A stretch of 61,341 nucleotides of DNA, the filler included. It is 3 parts of 3 records of this genome, joined end to end, with 100 filler letters (N's around TTAATTAATTAA, not from the genome) between each part and the next. Parts side by side here need not be neighbours in the genome. Positions count along the whole stretch, not along the records: positions 1 to 24,483 come from SRR20825006_562; 2 more parts are not named here. One strand, 5' to 3'. A model generated the notes under the pieces. That model was given only the letters and a program-made list of their open reading frames with translations. It had not been told where the DNA came from and made no database searches. How positions within the stretch are numbered: the first letter of the stretch is position 1; each line of letters opens with the position of its first letter. Both the position numbers and the translations under genes were made by a program. This document shows positions 1 to 9,968 of the stretch, in pieces.

Positions 1-795
1 GCGCTTGCGATACCAGGGCAGGTATTCGGAAAGATGGCCGTTACTTTCGGTCGAGTAGACGCCGAAACGCTTCAGCACATCAATGCGCACTTTTTCCTGT
101 TTCGAGAAAACCGGATGCGCTTCGAAGGCCGCGATCAGTTCATCCTTACCGATTTTCCGACCGTTGATGCGAAGATCGGTGAACCAGGTCTGGTGGTTGA
201 TGCCCGAGCAGATATAATCCAGCTCACCGGGCTTGGCGCCAAGCACCTCGGTGATCTGCTCGGCACCATGCTGGACGCCGTGACAAAGGCCGATGGTGTC
301 AACCTTGCCGTAGTCGATCGCAGCCCAGGTATTCATCACCATGGGGTTGGCATAATTGAGGAATTTTGCGCCCGGCTCGGCGACTTCGCGGATATCCTTG
401 CAGAAATCGAGGATCACCGGAATGTTGCGCTGACCGTACATGATGCCGCCAGCACAGATCGTGTCGCCAACGCACTGGTCTACACCGTATTTCAGCGGAA
501 TGCGTATGTCGTCGGCATAGGCTTCCAGGCCGCCCACACGCACGCAGGAAATCACGTAGCGCGCGCCTTCAATGGCTGCACGGCGATTTGTGGTGGCCGT
601 AATTTTTGTTGGCAACTTGTTGGCTTCAACGATGCGTTCCAGAATGGTTTTGACCATCGTTAGGTTTTTCTCGCTGATATCGGTCAGCGCAACCTCGATA
701 TCGGCGAATTCCGGAACGCATAAGATGTCTTTGAAAAGCGTTTTGGTGAAACCGACGCTGCCAGCGCCGATAATGGCTATTTTGAAAGCGCTCAT
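1..795 (-). CDS. melA: NAD+-dependent alpha-galactosidase, glycoside hydrolase family 4 (3' end truncated by window edge)
   Basis: Not in the ORF track (no stop). Manual translation from ATG 795, with GGAGG RBS upstream: MSAFKIAIIGAGSVGFTKTLFKDILCVPEF...VRVGGLEAYADDIRIPLKYGVDQCVGDTICAGGIMYGQR...FLNYANPM, which carries the GH4 Rossmann, GDT and NP motifs. Confidence 0.9.
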   Translation of the reverse strand, partial: MSAFKIAIIGAGSVGFTKTLFKDILCVPEFADIEVALTDISEKNLTMVKTILERIVEANKLPTKITATTNRRAAIEGARYVISCVRVGGLEAYADDIRIPLKYGVDQCVGDTICAGGIMYGQRNIPVILDFCKDIREVAEPGAKFLNYANPMVMNTWAAIDYGKVDTIGLCHGVQHGAEQITEVLGAKPGELDYICSGINHQTWFTDLRINGRKIGKDELIAAFEAHPVFSKQEKVRIDVLKRFGVYSTESNGHLSEYLPWYRKR

Positions 796-978
796 ATCCA
801 CCTCCCTGTTTTAGTGTCTTTATCTATTGGGTAAAATTAAATGCAGAAAATAGTGCTTTAGCCATTTCAAAAGAAAACGCTCCACTCGCTTGCACTCGCC
901 ATCTCTGCTTGTGTTTCCTGATATCGGTAAGCATTATGCCAAGTGAAATTGCCAGCAACAGAGAGGGATTGTGCTTTT

Positions 979-1935
979 ATGGGTAATTCTGTGCTACGCG
1001 ATTTACGTGCCCGTGCACCGATCGGGCGGCTCATTTCCTTGCCGCGGGGGCATCAGGATCTTCATGCCATGCCTGTCAGTGCCGGTTATGAAATCCGCAC
1101 CGATCCGCAATACAGCTGGGATGGCAGGCGTCGCGGGCGCAGTCCTTTTTCGGTGATACAATATACGATCGCCGGTCATGGAAACTTGCGTTTTGAGAAC
1201 CGCACTTTCCGGCTTCACCCCGGTGAAACCATGCTGACCTGCATTCCGCACAATCATCGCTATTGGGTGGAAGAGGGCGGATCATGGGAATTCTTCTGGA
1301 TTTCTCTCAATGGCGAAGAGGCGATGCGCATTCAGCAGGCGGTTCTTGAAACGTCTGGCCCGGTGTTAAAATTGAAACCGGAAACGATTGATGAAATGGC
1401 GCTGTGTCTGGAGGAACTGCTTTCAACACGTGCCGAAACGCCGGCGCGTGCCTCGATGATCGCCTACAAGGTAACGATGCTGCTTTATGATGATGTCTTT
1501 GGCACCCGTTCCATCCCGCCGGTCGAGACGCGAGCTATGCAGCGCGTGATCCACTATATCGATGAAAATCTGGAAGGTGCGCTTCCGGTGGAACAACTGG
1601 CAGCGGTTTCCGGCTTTTCGCGCGCGCATTTTTCGCGTCTGTTTGCTCAATCGGAAGGTATGCCACCTGCCGAATATGTGCTTTTGCGACGCTTGCGGTT
1701 ATCCACGCGCCTGCTTTCCAGCAGTGACTATACGATCAAGCAAGTGGCGGGTATGGCCGGGTTTTCCGACCCTAACTATTTCGCCAAAGTGTTTCGCCGC
1801 TATTTTCGTGTTAACCCGACCGAGTTTCGTCAGATTGGCCTTGCGGCCAGCATCATGAGCCTGAATATGGAGGAAGAAACGGAGGAGGTTATGCGGCTGG
1901 AAGAGGAATATGTGCCTGAAAGCCCGGGACATTGA
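979..1935 (+). CDS. AraC-family transcriptional regulator (AgpT-like), divergent from melA
   Basis: N-terminal cupin (HNHRYW) and C-terminal double HTH (SRAHFSRLF; GFSDPNYFAKVFRR). Start uncertain (943/979/991). Confidence 0.9.
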   Translation: MGNSVLRDLRARAPIGRLISLPRGHQDLHAMPVSAGYEIRTDPQYSWDGRRRGRSPFSVIQYTIAGHGNLRFENRTFRLHPGETMLTCIPHNHRYWVEEGGSWEFFWISLNGEEAMRIQQAVLETSGPVLKLKPETIDEMALCLEELLSTRAETPARASMIAYKVTMLLYDDVFGTRSIPPVETRAMQRVIHYIDENLEGALPVEQLAAVSGFSRAHFSRLFAQSEGMPPAEYVLLRRLRLSTRLLSSSDYTIKQVAGMAGFSDPNYFAKVFRRYFRVNPTEFRQIGLAASIMSLNMEEETEEVMRLEEEYVPESPGH

Positions 1936-2082
1936 AGAAGGTTCTCTGGTTGTGTCGTTGGTGAAAGGGATCAATGGGCGGAAAAATCCTTGTTCGGACT
2001 TTCCCCCGTACCGGAAAAGCGATAGGCAATTGCCAATCTGCCGCAGGGCTTGTCTCTGTGCTGGCTTTGAATAGGTCATCAT

Positions 2083-2673
2083 ATGGGTTTGTTACTGGCT
2101 GTGGCCGCATGTTTCTCGTTTATCAATACGCCACTTCTGGCTCTGGGCCGCTGGCTTGCCGCGATCCTGATGGGGCTGATGGTGATCGTGATACTGGTCC
2201 AGGTGTTTTTCCGCTACGGCCTGAATGATGCCCTGCCATGGACGGAGGAACTGGCCCGCTTCATGATGTTATGGATGGTCAGCCTGATGGCGCCGACGGC
2301 CTTTCGCCATGGCGGCTTTATCAGCATCGAGACTATAAGGCGCCTTCTGCCCAAAACTGTTGCCTCTGTTCTGAATATGGTGCTTTTGCTGATATCGGTG
2401 GTGGTGTTGTGGTGGGCACTTCGGATCGGCTGGAATGAGGTCACCGGCATTGGAGGCCGTTTCGCAATGCCAGCGCTCAAAGTGCCGGCCTCGCTTGACT
2501 TGTCAATCTGGATGAAAGTTCCGCGGGCGGCGATGATGGCCTCGCTGGCCACGGGCGTCACATTGATGTTTTCGGTCAATTGCGAACTTCTGTTGCGTCT
2601 TCTTGCTGACCTTTTCGGCGCAGGAGAGAGGTTGAAACCGCTAAAGCCGGTCGCCGGACTGGAGACCGAGTAA
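2083..2673 (+). CDS. dctQ: TRAP transporter small permease
   Basis: QVFFRY...LPWTEELARF motif, 4 TM segments; TAATG overlap with next gene. Confidence 0.9.
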   Translation: MGLLLAVAACFSFINTPLLALGRWLAAILMGLMVIVILVQVFFRYGLNDALPWTEELARFMMLWMVSLMAPTAFRHGGFISIETIRRLLPKTVASVLNMVLLLISVVVLWWALRIGWNEVTGIGGRFAMPALKVPASLDLSIWMKVPRAAMMASLATGVTLMFSVNCELLLRLLADLFGAGERLKPLKPVAGLETE

Positions 2674-3962
2674 TGCTGAGCCTGTTCCTGCCTCTGTTTC
2701 TGGTCTTCCTTTTTCTGGGACTGCCGATCCTGTTTGCGTTGATCGCCGCACCTGCACTCTTGCTCTGGGTCAATGGTCAGGAACGCGACATCGTTCTGCT
2801 TTACCGCAATATCTATAATGGCATGGACAGTTTTCCGCTGATGGCGGTGCCATTCTTCATGCTGGCTGGCGAGTTGATGAACCGGGCGGGCATTACCGAG
2901 CGCCTCGTAGAATTTTCGCAGGCTGTCATCGGTCATTTTCGTGCCGGTCTGGCGCATGTGAATATCTTTTCATCCATGCTGTTTGCCGGGCTTTCAGGTT
3001 CTGCCGTCGCGGATGTTTCTGCGCTCGGTGCGATGATGATCCCGGCCATGGAAAAGCAAGGCTATTCCCGGCGTTTTGCCGCCGCTATCACCGCAGCATC
3101 TGCCATTATCGGGCCGATCATTCCGCCTTCGGGCATCATGATCATCTATGCCTATGTCATGGGTGAAAGCGTTGCCGCGCTGTTTCTGGCTGGTATCGTG
3201 CCGGGTATCCTGATCGGCGTTTCGCTGATGGTACTTGTGCGGCTGATGGCCGACCGCGAAGGATTGCCACCGGCGACAGCCAAAGCCGACTGGAACACAC
3301 GCAGACAGGCCAGCCTCAAGGCTTTCTGGCCGCTTTTGACACCGGTGATTATTCTGGGCGGCATTTTAGGCGGTGTGTTTACGCCAACCGAAGCTTCGGC
3401 GATTGCTGTCGGATACGCTTTCTTCATAGGCTTTTTTGTACTGCGTACATTGCATGTGCGTGATGTTCCGGCGATCCTCACCCGTGCGGCACTGTCTTCA
3501 TCCGTCGTGCTTTTGCTGGTTGGTGCAGCCATGGCCTTTAAAACGGTTGCTGCCCTTGCACACACACCGGAACTGCTGGCGTCCTTTATGCTGGGCCTTA
3601 CAGAAAATCCGCTGCTTTTGTTGCTTCTGATCAATGTCCTGCTTCTGGTTGTCGGCATGTTTCTGGATGCCGGACCGGCAATCATCATTCTGGGGCCGAT
3701 CCTCGGGCCGATCTTTCTCGATATGGGGATCGATCCGGTCCATTTTGCCATCATTATGGCGGTCAATCTCACGGTGGGCCTGCTGACGCCGCCGATGGGG
3801 CTGGTGCTGTTTGTCACCTCATCGGTGTCCAGGCTTTCGGTCGAAAGTGTCGCACGTGCGGTCCTGCCTTTTCTGGCAGTTGAAGTGGCTGTTATCTTCC
3901 TGATCACTTATGTTCCTGCGATCAGCCTGACTTTGCCGCGTCTTTTCGGCTTTTTGAATTAA
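2673..3962 (+). CDS. dctM: TRAP transporter large permease
   Basis: FAGLSGSAVAD, GPIIPPS, FTPTEA and GLLTPPMG motifs; 429 aa, hydrophobic. Confidence 0.95.
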   Translation: MLSLFLPLFLVFLFLGLPILFALIAAPALLLWVNGQERDIVLLYRNIYNGMDSFPLMAVPFFMLAGELMNRAGITERLVEFSQAVIGHFRAGLAHVNIFSSMLFAGLSGSAVADVSALGAMMIPAMEKQGYSRRFAAAITAASAIIGPIIPPSGIMIIYAYVMGESVAALFLAGIVPGILIGVSLMVLVRLMADREGLPPATAKADWNTRRQASLKAFWPLLTPVIILGGILGGVFTPTEASAIAVGYAFFIGFFVLRTLHVRDVPAILTRAALSSSVVLLLVGAAMAFKTVAALAHTPELLASFMLGLTENPLLLLLLINVLLLVVGMFLDAGPAIIILGPILGPIFLDMGIDPVHFAIIMAVNLTVGLLTPPMGLVLFVTSSVSRLSVESVARAVLPFLAVEVAVIFLITYVPAISLTLPRLFGFLN

Positions 3963-3995
3963 ATGATAAAACGTTACATCCAAGGGAGGACAACT

Positions 3996-5060
3996 ATGTT
4001 GAACAGGATCTGGAAAACGGCCTTTCTGGCCGGGGCACTTGCCATGTCGGCAAGCCAGTTTGCCGCTGCCGCGGACATTACCTTGAGAGCGACGGCCAAT
4101 TCCAATGAGAATGACGAGGACTATGATGGTCTGGTTGTTTTCAAGAACTTCGTCGAGAACGCCTCCAACGGAGCGATTGCGGTCGATATCTTTATGGGTA
4201 CACAGATATGCGCCACCGGCGAAGAATGCCTGCAAGGCATCGCTGATGGTTCGATCGATATCTACATGTCTACATCCGGCGGAGCGGCCGGTCTGTTTCC
4301 CTATCTTCAGATCCTCGATCTGCCCTATCTGATGAATGATGACCGCGTGGCTGAAGACGTGCTGAGCGGGCCGTTTACTGCCGAATTGCGCGATCTGGCG
4401 CTGGCAGACAGCGGCGACACAATCCGCTTGATGACGATCGGCAATACCGGTGGCTGGCGCAATTTCGCCAATACCGAACACACCATCAAAACGCCTGCGG
4501 ACATGCAGGGCATGAAGTTGCGCACGGTTCCAGCCGAGCTGCCACAGGAGTTGGTGAAATCTTTGGGAGCCGCGCCGACGCCAATCGCCTGGCCGGAACT
4601 TTTCACCTCTTTGCAAACCGGTGTGGTGCAAGGGACGGCCAATGGTATTACCGATATCATGAACATGAAGTTTCCCGATGCCGGCCTGAAATACGTCACG
4701 CTTGACCGGCACTCCTATATGGCTGCTTTCTGGTGGATGTCGAATGCCCGCTTCGAAGGCTTGACCGATGAGCAGAAAAAGGTCGTCATCGACGGCTTTT
4801 ACGCTTTACAACAGGCCACTTTTGCCAGCCCCAAGCGCAAGGAAATCGCCGCTTACGAGGCGTTCTTGAATGATGGCGGTGAAATCTACGTGCCGAGCGA
4901 GGCCGAAAAGGCTGAATTCAAGGCTGCTGTTGAGCCGGTGTTTGAATGGTTTCAGCAATCCGTCCCCGGCGGCGAAGATATTTTCGCAAGCTTCACATCT
5001 GCTGTTGAAGAGGCCGAAAGCACAGTGAATGCCGAGCGTGCTGTTGAAATGGGGCAGTGA
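3996..5060 (+). CDS. dctP: TRAP transporter substrate-binding protein
   Basis: GGAGG RBS then ATG 3996; signal peptide; GWRNF, DMQGMKLRT and SLQTGVVQG motifs. Confidence 0.92.
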   Translation: MLNRIWKTAFLAGALAMSASQFAAAADITLRATANSNENDEDYDGLVVFKNFVENASNGAIAVDIFMGTQICATGEECLQGIADGSIDIYMSTSGGAAGLFPYLQILDLPYLMNDDRVAEDVLSGPFTAELRDLALADSGDTIRLMTIGNTGGWRNFANTEHTIKTPADMQGMKLRTVPAELPQELVKSLGAAPTPIAWPELFTSLQTGVVQGTANGITDIMNMKFPDAGLKYVTLDRHSYMAAFWWMSNARFEGLTDEQKKVVIDGFYALQQATFASPKRKEIAAYEAFLNDGGEIYVPSEAEKAEFKAAVEPVFEWFQQSVPGGEDIFASFTSAVEEAESTVNAERAVEMGQ

Positions 5061-5089
5061 AGTCATTTTCTGCCTATACGCATTTATTC

Positions 5090-5119
5090 AAAGGCCCGCT
5101 GCTGTCTGGCGGGCCTTTT
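5090..5119. terminator. Probable bidirectional intrinsic terminator
   Basis: AAAGGCCCGC-N9-GCGGGCCTTTT hairpin between convergent dctP and aminotransferase. Confidence 0.8.
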
Positions 5120-5132
5120 GCTTTCCGCTGCA

Positions 5133-6299
5133 TTAAAGCTTGCTGATGTAATCAGCCAGCCGGTCGCCCGCATCGCGCAACTGATCGGCATTGCGCAGGA
5201 AACAGGCGCGGATGAAAGGTTCGCCGCCTGGACCAAAGGCGGTGCCGGGTGCCATGCCGACTCCGGTCTTGTCTACGATATCGAAGGCGGCTTTGCGGCT
5301 GTCTGTCAGGCCATCAATTTTCAAAAACGCATAAAGTGCACCATCGGGTTTCAGCGTTTCCACACGGTTGGTTGCCAGAAGCCGGTCGCAAAGAATGTCA
5401 CGGCCTTCTGCGGCCCGCCGGATGTTTTCCGCGATGACCTGATCACCGTCGCGCACTGCGGCCAGTGCACCCTGCTGCATGAATTGAGCTACACCTGACG
5501 TCGTGTACTGAACGAGGTTCTCGATCACGTCCCCCATGATTGGCGGAGCGACGATCCAGCCAACACGCCAGCCCGTCATAGACCAGTTTTTCGAGAATGA
5601 ATTGATGAAAACGATCCGATCGCCATCTTCCATGATGTCGAGGAAGGATGCCGCTCTTCCGCCTGCAAAATGATAAAGCGCGTAGATCTCGTCAGCCATG
5701 ATCCAGATGCCATGGCGGCGTGACAGCTCAAGAAGTGCGCGCAGATCGTCCAGGCTTGCGGTCCAGCCGGTCGGGTTGGCGGGTGTGTTGACGAAAATGA
5801 CACGCGTTTTGGGGGTGATTGCCGCTTCAACGCGTTCGATATCCAGTGTCCAGCGTCCGCCGATAAAGGACAGCGGCAGCCCGACCTGATTTGCACCGGA
5901 AACGCCAAGAGCCGCAACGATGTTGGGCCAGGCCGGCGTGAAATAAATCGCCTCGTCACCGACCTCCGTCAGCGCCTCGACCATCAGCTTGATCGCATGC
6001 ATACCCGAACCTGTGACAAAGATGTGCTCGGGTGTCAGGTCCGCATTGAAATGTCTCTGATAATAGTCTGCAATTGCCTGTCTGAGCTCGGGAATGCCGC
6101 GTTGATGAGTGTAGAAGGTTTCACCATTCGTCAGCGCCTTCTGCGCAGCCTGGCAAATAAAGTCCGGCGTCGGTAGATCGCCTTCACCCGCCCACAGTGG
6201 CAACAGCCTGTCGCGTCCGCGTGCGTAGTTTATAACTTCGACAATGCCGCTTTCCGGTGCATTTCGTGCACGTTGGCTCAAACTGTTCATCAAATCCAT
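5133..6299 (-). CDS. Class I/II PLP-dependent (aspartate-type) aminotransferase
   Basis: PANPTG, ADEIY and SFSKNWSMTGWRVGW motifs. Confidence 0.92.
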   Translation of the reverse strand: MDLMNSLSQRARNAPESGIVEVINYARGRDRLLPLWAGEGDLPTPDFICQAAQKALTNGETFYTHQRGIPELRQAIADYYQRHFNADLTPEHIFVTGSGMHAIKLMVEALTEVGDEAIYFTPAWPNIVAALGVSGANQVGLPLSFIGGRWTLDIERVEAAITPKTRVIFVNTPANPTGWTASLDDLRALLELSRRHGIWIMADEIYALYHFAGGRAASFLDIMEDGDRIVFINSFSKNWSMTGWRVGWIVAPPIMGDVIENLVQYTTSGVAQFMQQGALAAVRDGDQVIAENIRRAAEGRDILCDRLLATNRVETLKPDGALYAFLKIDGLTDSRKAAFDIVDKTGVGMAPGTAFGPGGEPFIRACFLRNADQLRDAGDRLADYISKL

Positions 6300-6460
6300 G
6301 TCGATCTCCGTGTTGAGATCGTTTTAAAGCGTCGGAGTGTCTGGCTGCTATCAATTTTTTGCACTTAATCATTGTTTTTTGTGATGTTGCGTCTGCTGCA
6401 ACAGTCGCATTTCCAAAAGCCTTGCCATGCCATAAGCTCAAGCGGCAAAAGGAGAGCGTG

Positions 6461-9400
6461 ATGTTGCCCGGTTGGCTGATCCTGTTGGCTGCTTTTTTAT
6501 ACATCCTGCTGCTGTTTGCAGTCGCAAGTTATGGTGACCGCAAGGCGCAGCGGGATATTGCGCCCCGTTCAGGCCGACCGTTCGTCTATGCGCTTTCGCT
6601 TGCTGTCTATTGTACGTCCTGGACTTATTTTGGTGGTGTCGGCCTGGCCGCGGAACGCGGACTGGAATTTGCCGGGATCTATATCGGGCCGATCCTCGTC
6701 TTCACACTCGGTATGCCGGTCGTCAAACGCATTGTGTCTCTTGCCAAAGCGGAGAAGCTCACCTCGGCGGCGGACTTTCTGGCGGCGCGCTATGGAAAAA
6801 ATCCGACTGTTGCCGCGTTGGTTGCGATTATCTCTCTGGCCGCTGCCATTCCCTATATTGCTTTGCAGCTGAAGGCCGTTTCGGATTCTGTTTCGGTGAT
6901 GGTGGGCAGTGAAAGCGGTTTGCTGCCGGGCGGTTCGGTACTCGGGCTTGATCTGCCTCTGGCCGTCACGCTGGTGCTTGCCAGCTTTGCCATCGTCTTC
7001 GGCACACGCCACACCGATGCAACCGAGCATCAGGATGGACTTATCCTTGCCATCGCCATGGAATCGGTGGTTAAGCTGGTCGCGTTTGGGTCTGTTGGTC
7101 TGTTTGTTGTCTTTGTTCTTTTCAACGGACCGTCCGACCTTTTTGCCGCTGCCAGCGAGAACGCACAGGCCGTTGCAGCGCTCAGCTACGAAACGCCAAT
7201 CAGCCGCTGGGTCTTGCTGACTGTTCTTTCCGCCTTTGCGATTCTGCTTCTGCCGCGCCAGTTTCACGTCACGGTCGTTGAAAACCGCTCGGAAAACGAA
7301 CTCAATCTCGCCCGGTTCATGTTTCCGCTCTATCTGGTGGCGATCAATGTGCTTGTGCTGCCGGTGGCCATTGGTGCGGCGATGCGGCTTGGCCCCGGCG
7401 TTGACCCCGACCTTTACGTGCTGCAACTGCCGATTTTCGAAAGTATGCCGATCATTTCACTGATCACCTTTCTGGGTGGTTTTTCTGCGGCCACGGCAAT
7501 GGTGATTGTCGCATCGGTGGCGTTGGCAATCATGCTCTCCAATGATCTGATCAATCCGGTTTTCCTGAGGCGCCGCATGATTTCCGGAGAGGGGAGGCGC
7601 AAGGATTTTTACAGCCTTCTGCTGAATATTCGCCGGGCATCCATTCTTGGGGTGATGCTGCTGGGATATGTCTATTATCGCCATATTGATAGTGATCGCG
7701 GCCTGTTCTCTATCGGCCTTCTGGCTTTTGCTGCGATTGCACAGGTGGCGCCGGCTCTGTTTATCGGCCTTGTCTGGCGTGATGCCAATGCTCGCGGCGC
7801 CATCATCGGGCTTTCGGCTGGTTTCCTCACATGGGTTTATCTTCTGTTCGTACCCAGTCTTGGCGGGCCTGATCACTCTGCGGTGGCAGGAGAAATTCTG
7901 TCTCTGATTATCCCCGGAACAGGGCTTTTTTCCGGACCGGGGGCCGATATTCTGCTGAATGTGACATGCCTTTCACTGCTGGTGAATGTCATAGGCCTTG
8001 TGCTTGGATCGTTCACCCGCCCGGCCCGGCCGCTGGAGCGTATTCAGTCGGGCATTTTCGTGCAGCGTCAAGCGCGCTGGCAGTCTTCTGCCCGCGGCAT
8101 CGGAACCGGTGTTTCTGTCGGTGCTCTTCGTGAAACGCTGATCGGATATCTCGGTGAAGAGAGAACCGCACGGTCGTTTGCCACCTTTGAGCGTAATGCC
8201 GGGCGTGCGATGGAAGATGGCGAGCAGGCTGATATGGCGCTCATTCACTTCTCCGAGCAGTTGCTCGGCAGTGCGATTGGCTCATCTTCGGCACGACTGG
8301 TTTTATCCCTTGTTCTGCAGCGGGCTGAAGCTGCTTCCGGCGATGCAGCCTTTTTGCTGGATCAGGCCAGCGAGGCGCTACAATATAATCAGGGGCTTCT
8401 GCAGACCGCTCTGGCGCAGATCGATCAGGGGATTGCTGTTTTCGATGCGTCGAACAGATTGACTGTCTGGAACAAGCGGTTCCGTTCTTTGCTGGATTTG
8501 CCGGAAGAAGCGGGGCAGGTCGGCTATCCGCTGATCAATATCATGGGCCGGCTTTCCTCCCGCGGTGATCTGACCGGTGATGAAGCGCAGGTTGCATTGC
8601 GTAAGCTCAGAAGCCACGAGCGGGCTTTCCCGATGGTGCTCGACAGCGGCAGGCGCATTCTTGAGGTCCAGTCACGGGCGATGCCGGAAAAAGGCATGGT
8701 GGTGACGTTTACCGATATCACCCGCCGCGTGGAGGCGGATCTGGCTTTGAAGCAGGCCAATGAAACACTCGAACAACGCGTGGAAGAACGCACCGCCGAA
8801 TTGACCGACGTCAATGCTGCGCTGCGAGAGGCTCGTGCTGCCGCCGACGAAGCCAATATCGGCAAGACTCGTTTTTTTGCCGCTGCCGGGCACGATATTT
8901 TGCAGCCACTGAACGCGGCTCGTCTTTATGCAACATCGTTGGGTGAACGTATGCCTGCCGAAGGCGAAAACCGCGAGTTGGCGTTTCGGATTGATTCCGC
9001 GCTGCAATCGGTGGAGGATATTCTGGGCGCCGTTCTGGACATATCAAGGCTTGATGCCGGTGCGATGAAACCGCATCTGACGAGTGTCAGCCTTGCTGAA
9101 ATGCTGAGGCGGGTCGAAACCGATTTCCGGCCGTTGGCCGAGGAGAAATCTCTGAGGCTTGTTGTTGTCAGTTCCGGCCTGCATGTGCGTTCGGATATAC
9201 AGCTCTTGCGGCGTTTGGTGCAGAATCTTGTTTCCAACGCAATCAAGTACACGCTTGAGGGAAAGGTACTGGTCGGCGTGCGCCGCAGAGGCGAAAAGGC
9301 CGTCATTGAAGTCTATGACACCGGCATCGGGATACCGGCCTCAAAGGCCGACAGTATCTTTCGGGAATTCACGCGCCTGGATGAAGGCGCGCGTGCGGCT

Positions 9401-9961
9401 CAGGGGCTGGGGCTGGGGCTTTCCATTGTTGACCGGCTTTCGCGTATGCTGGATCACCCTGTCACCCTGTTGTCTGAACCCGGGAAAGGAACCATCTTTC
9501 GTCTTGCCGTACCGTTGGCGGATGCGAAAAGCGAACCGGCCGGCGATGGCGGCAAAACCGCTGCCCGGTTGCCCGGACATGCGCTTAAAGGCCTCAAGGT
9601 TCTCTGCATTGATAATGAGACGGATATTCTGGATGGTATGCGGGTTATGCTCGGTGGCTGGGGTGTTCAGGTGTTGACCGCCGAAACCGCTGCGGAGGCG
9701 CGCGCGCTGGATGTTCTGCCCGATGTCATCATTGCGGACTATCATCTTGATCACGACCTGGGCGTCGATGCTGTTATTGCCTTGCGGCAGCACTATCAGC
9801 GCCATATTCCGGCTGTTCTGCTCACGGCTGATCGCACACAGGATGTGCGCGATCAGGCCGAAAGTGAGGATATCTCGGTGCAGCACAAGCCGGTGAAGCC
9901 AGCTGTTCTGCGGGCTTTCCTCAATCAGATTGCGATCTTCCACAAGGCGGCTGCCGAGTAG
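6461..9961 (+). CDS. Hybrid sensor histidine kinase with N-terminal sodium:solute symporter (SLC5) domain, PAS, HisKA/HATPase and receiver (PrlS/CrbS-like)
   Basis: GGAG RBS before ATG 6461; YALSLAVYCTSWTYFG symporter segment; AAGHDILQPLNAARL H-box, NLVSNAIKYT, DTGIGI, GLGLGLSIV; C-terminal REC (IADYHLD). Confidence 0.92.
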   Translation: MLPGWLILLAAFLYILLLFAVASYGDRKAQRDIAPRSGRPFVYALSLAVYCTSWTYFGGVGLAAERGLEFAGIYIGPILVFTLGMPVVKRIVSLAKAEKLTSAADFLAARYGKNPTVAALVAIISLAAAIPYIALQLKAVSDSVSVMVGSESGLLPGGSVLGLDLPLAVTLVLASFAIVFGTRHTDATEHQDGLILAIAMESVVKLVAFGSVGLFVVFVLFNGPSDLFAAASENAQAVAALSYETPISRWVLLTVLSAFAILLLPRQFHVTVVENRSENELNLARFMFPLYLVAINVLVLPVAIGAAMRLGPGVDPDLYVLQLPIFESMPIISLITFLGGFSAATAMVIVASVALAIMLSNDLINPVFLRRRMISGEGRRKDFYSLLLNIRRASILGVMLLGYVYYRHIDSDRGLFSIGLLAFAAIAQVAPALFIGLVWRDANARGAIIGLSAGFLTWVYLLFVPSLGGPDHSAVAGEILSLIIPGTGLFSGPGADILLNVTCLSLLVNVIGLVLGSFTRPARPLERIQSGIFVQRQARWQSSARGIGTGVSVGALRETLIGYLGEERTARSFATFERNAGRAMEDGEQADMALIHFSEQLLGSAIGSSSARLVLSLVLQRAEAASGDAAFLLDQASEALQYNQGLLQTALAQIDQGIAVFDASNRLTVWNKRFRSLLDLPEEAGQVGYPLINIMGRLSSRGDLTGDEAQVALRKLRSHERAFPMVLDSGRRILEVQSRAMPEKGMVVTFTDITRRVEADLALKQANETLEQRVEERTAELTDVNAALREARAAADEANIGKTRFFAAAGHDILQPLNAARLYATSLGERMPAEGENRELAFRIDSALQSVEDILGAVLDISRLDAGAMKPHLTSVSLAEMLRRVETDFRPLAEEKSLRLVVVSSGLHVRSDIQLLRRLVQNLVSNAIKYTLEGKVLVGVRRRGEKAVIEVYDTGIGIPASKADSIFREFTRLDEGARAAQGLGLGLSIVDRLSRMLDHPVTLLSEPGKGTIFRLAVPLADAKSEPAGDGGKTAARLPGHALKGLKVLCIDNETDILDGMRVMLGGWGVQVLTAETAAEARALDVLPDVIIADYHLDHDLGVDAVIALRQHYQRHIPAVLLTADRTQDVRDQAESEDISVQHKPVKPAVLRAFLNQIAIFHKAAAE

Positions 9962-9968
9962 GCAACAC

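Noticed and set aside
34..663. 209-aa plus-strand ORF
   Set aside because: Antisense shadow of the minus-strand GH4 gene.
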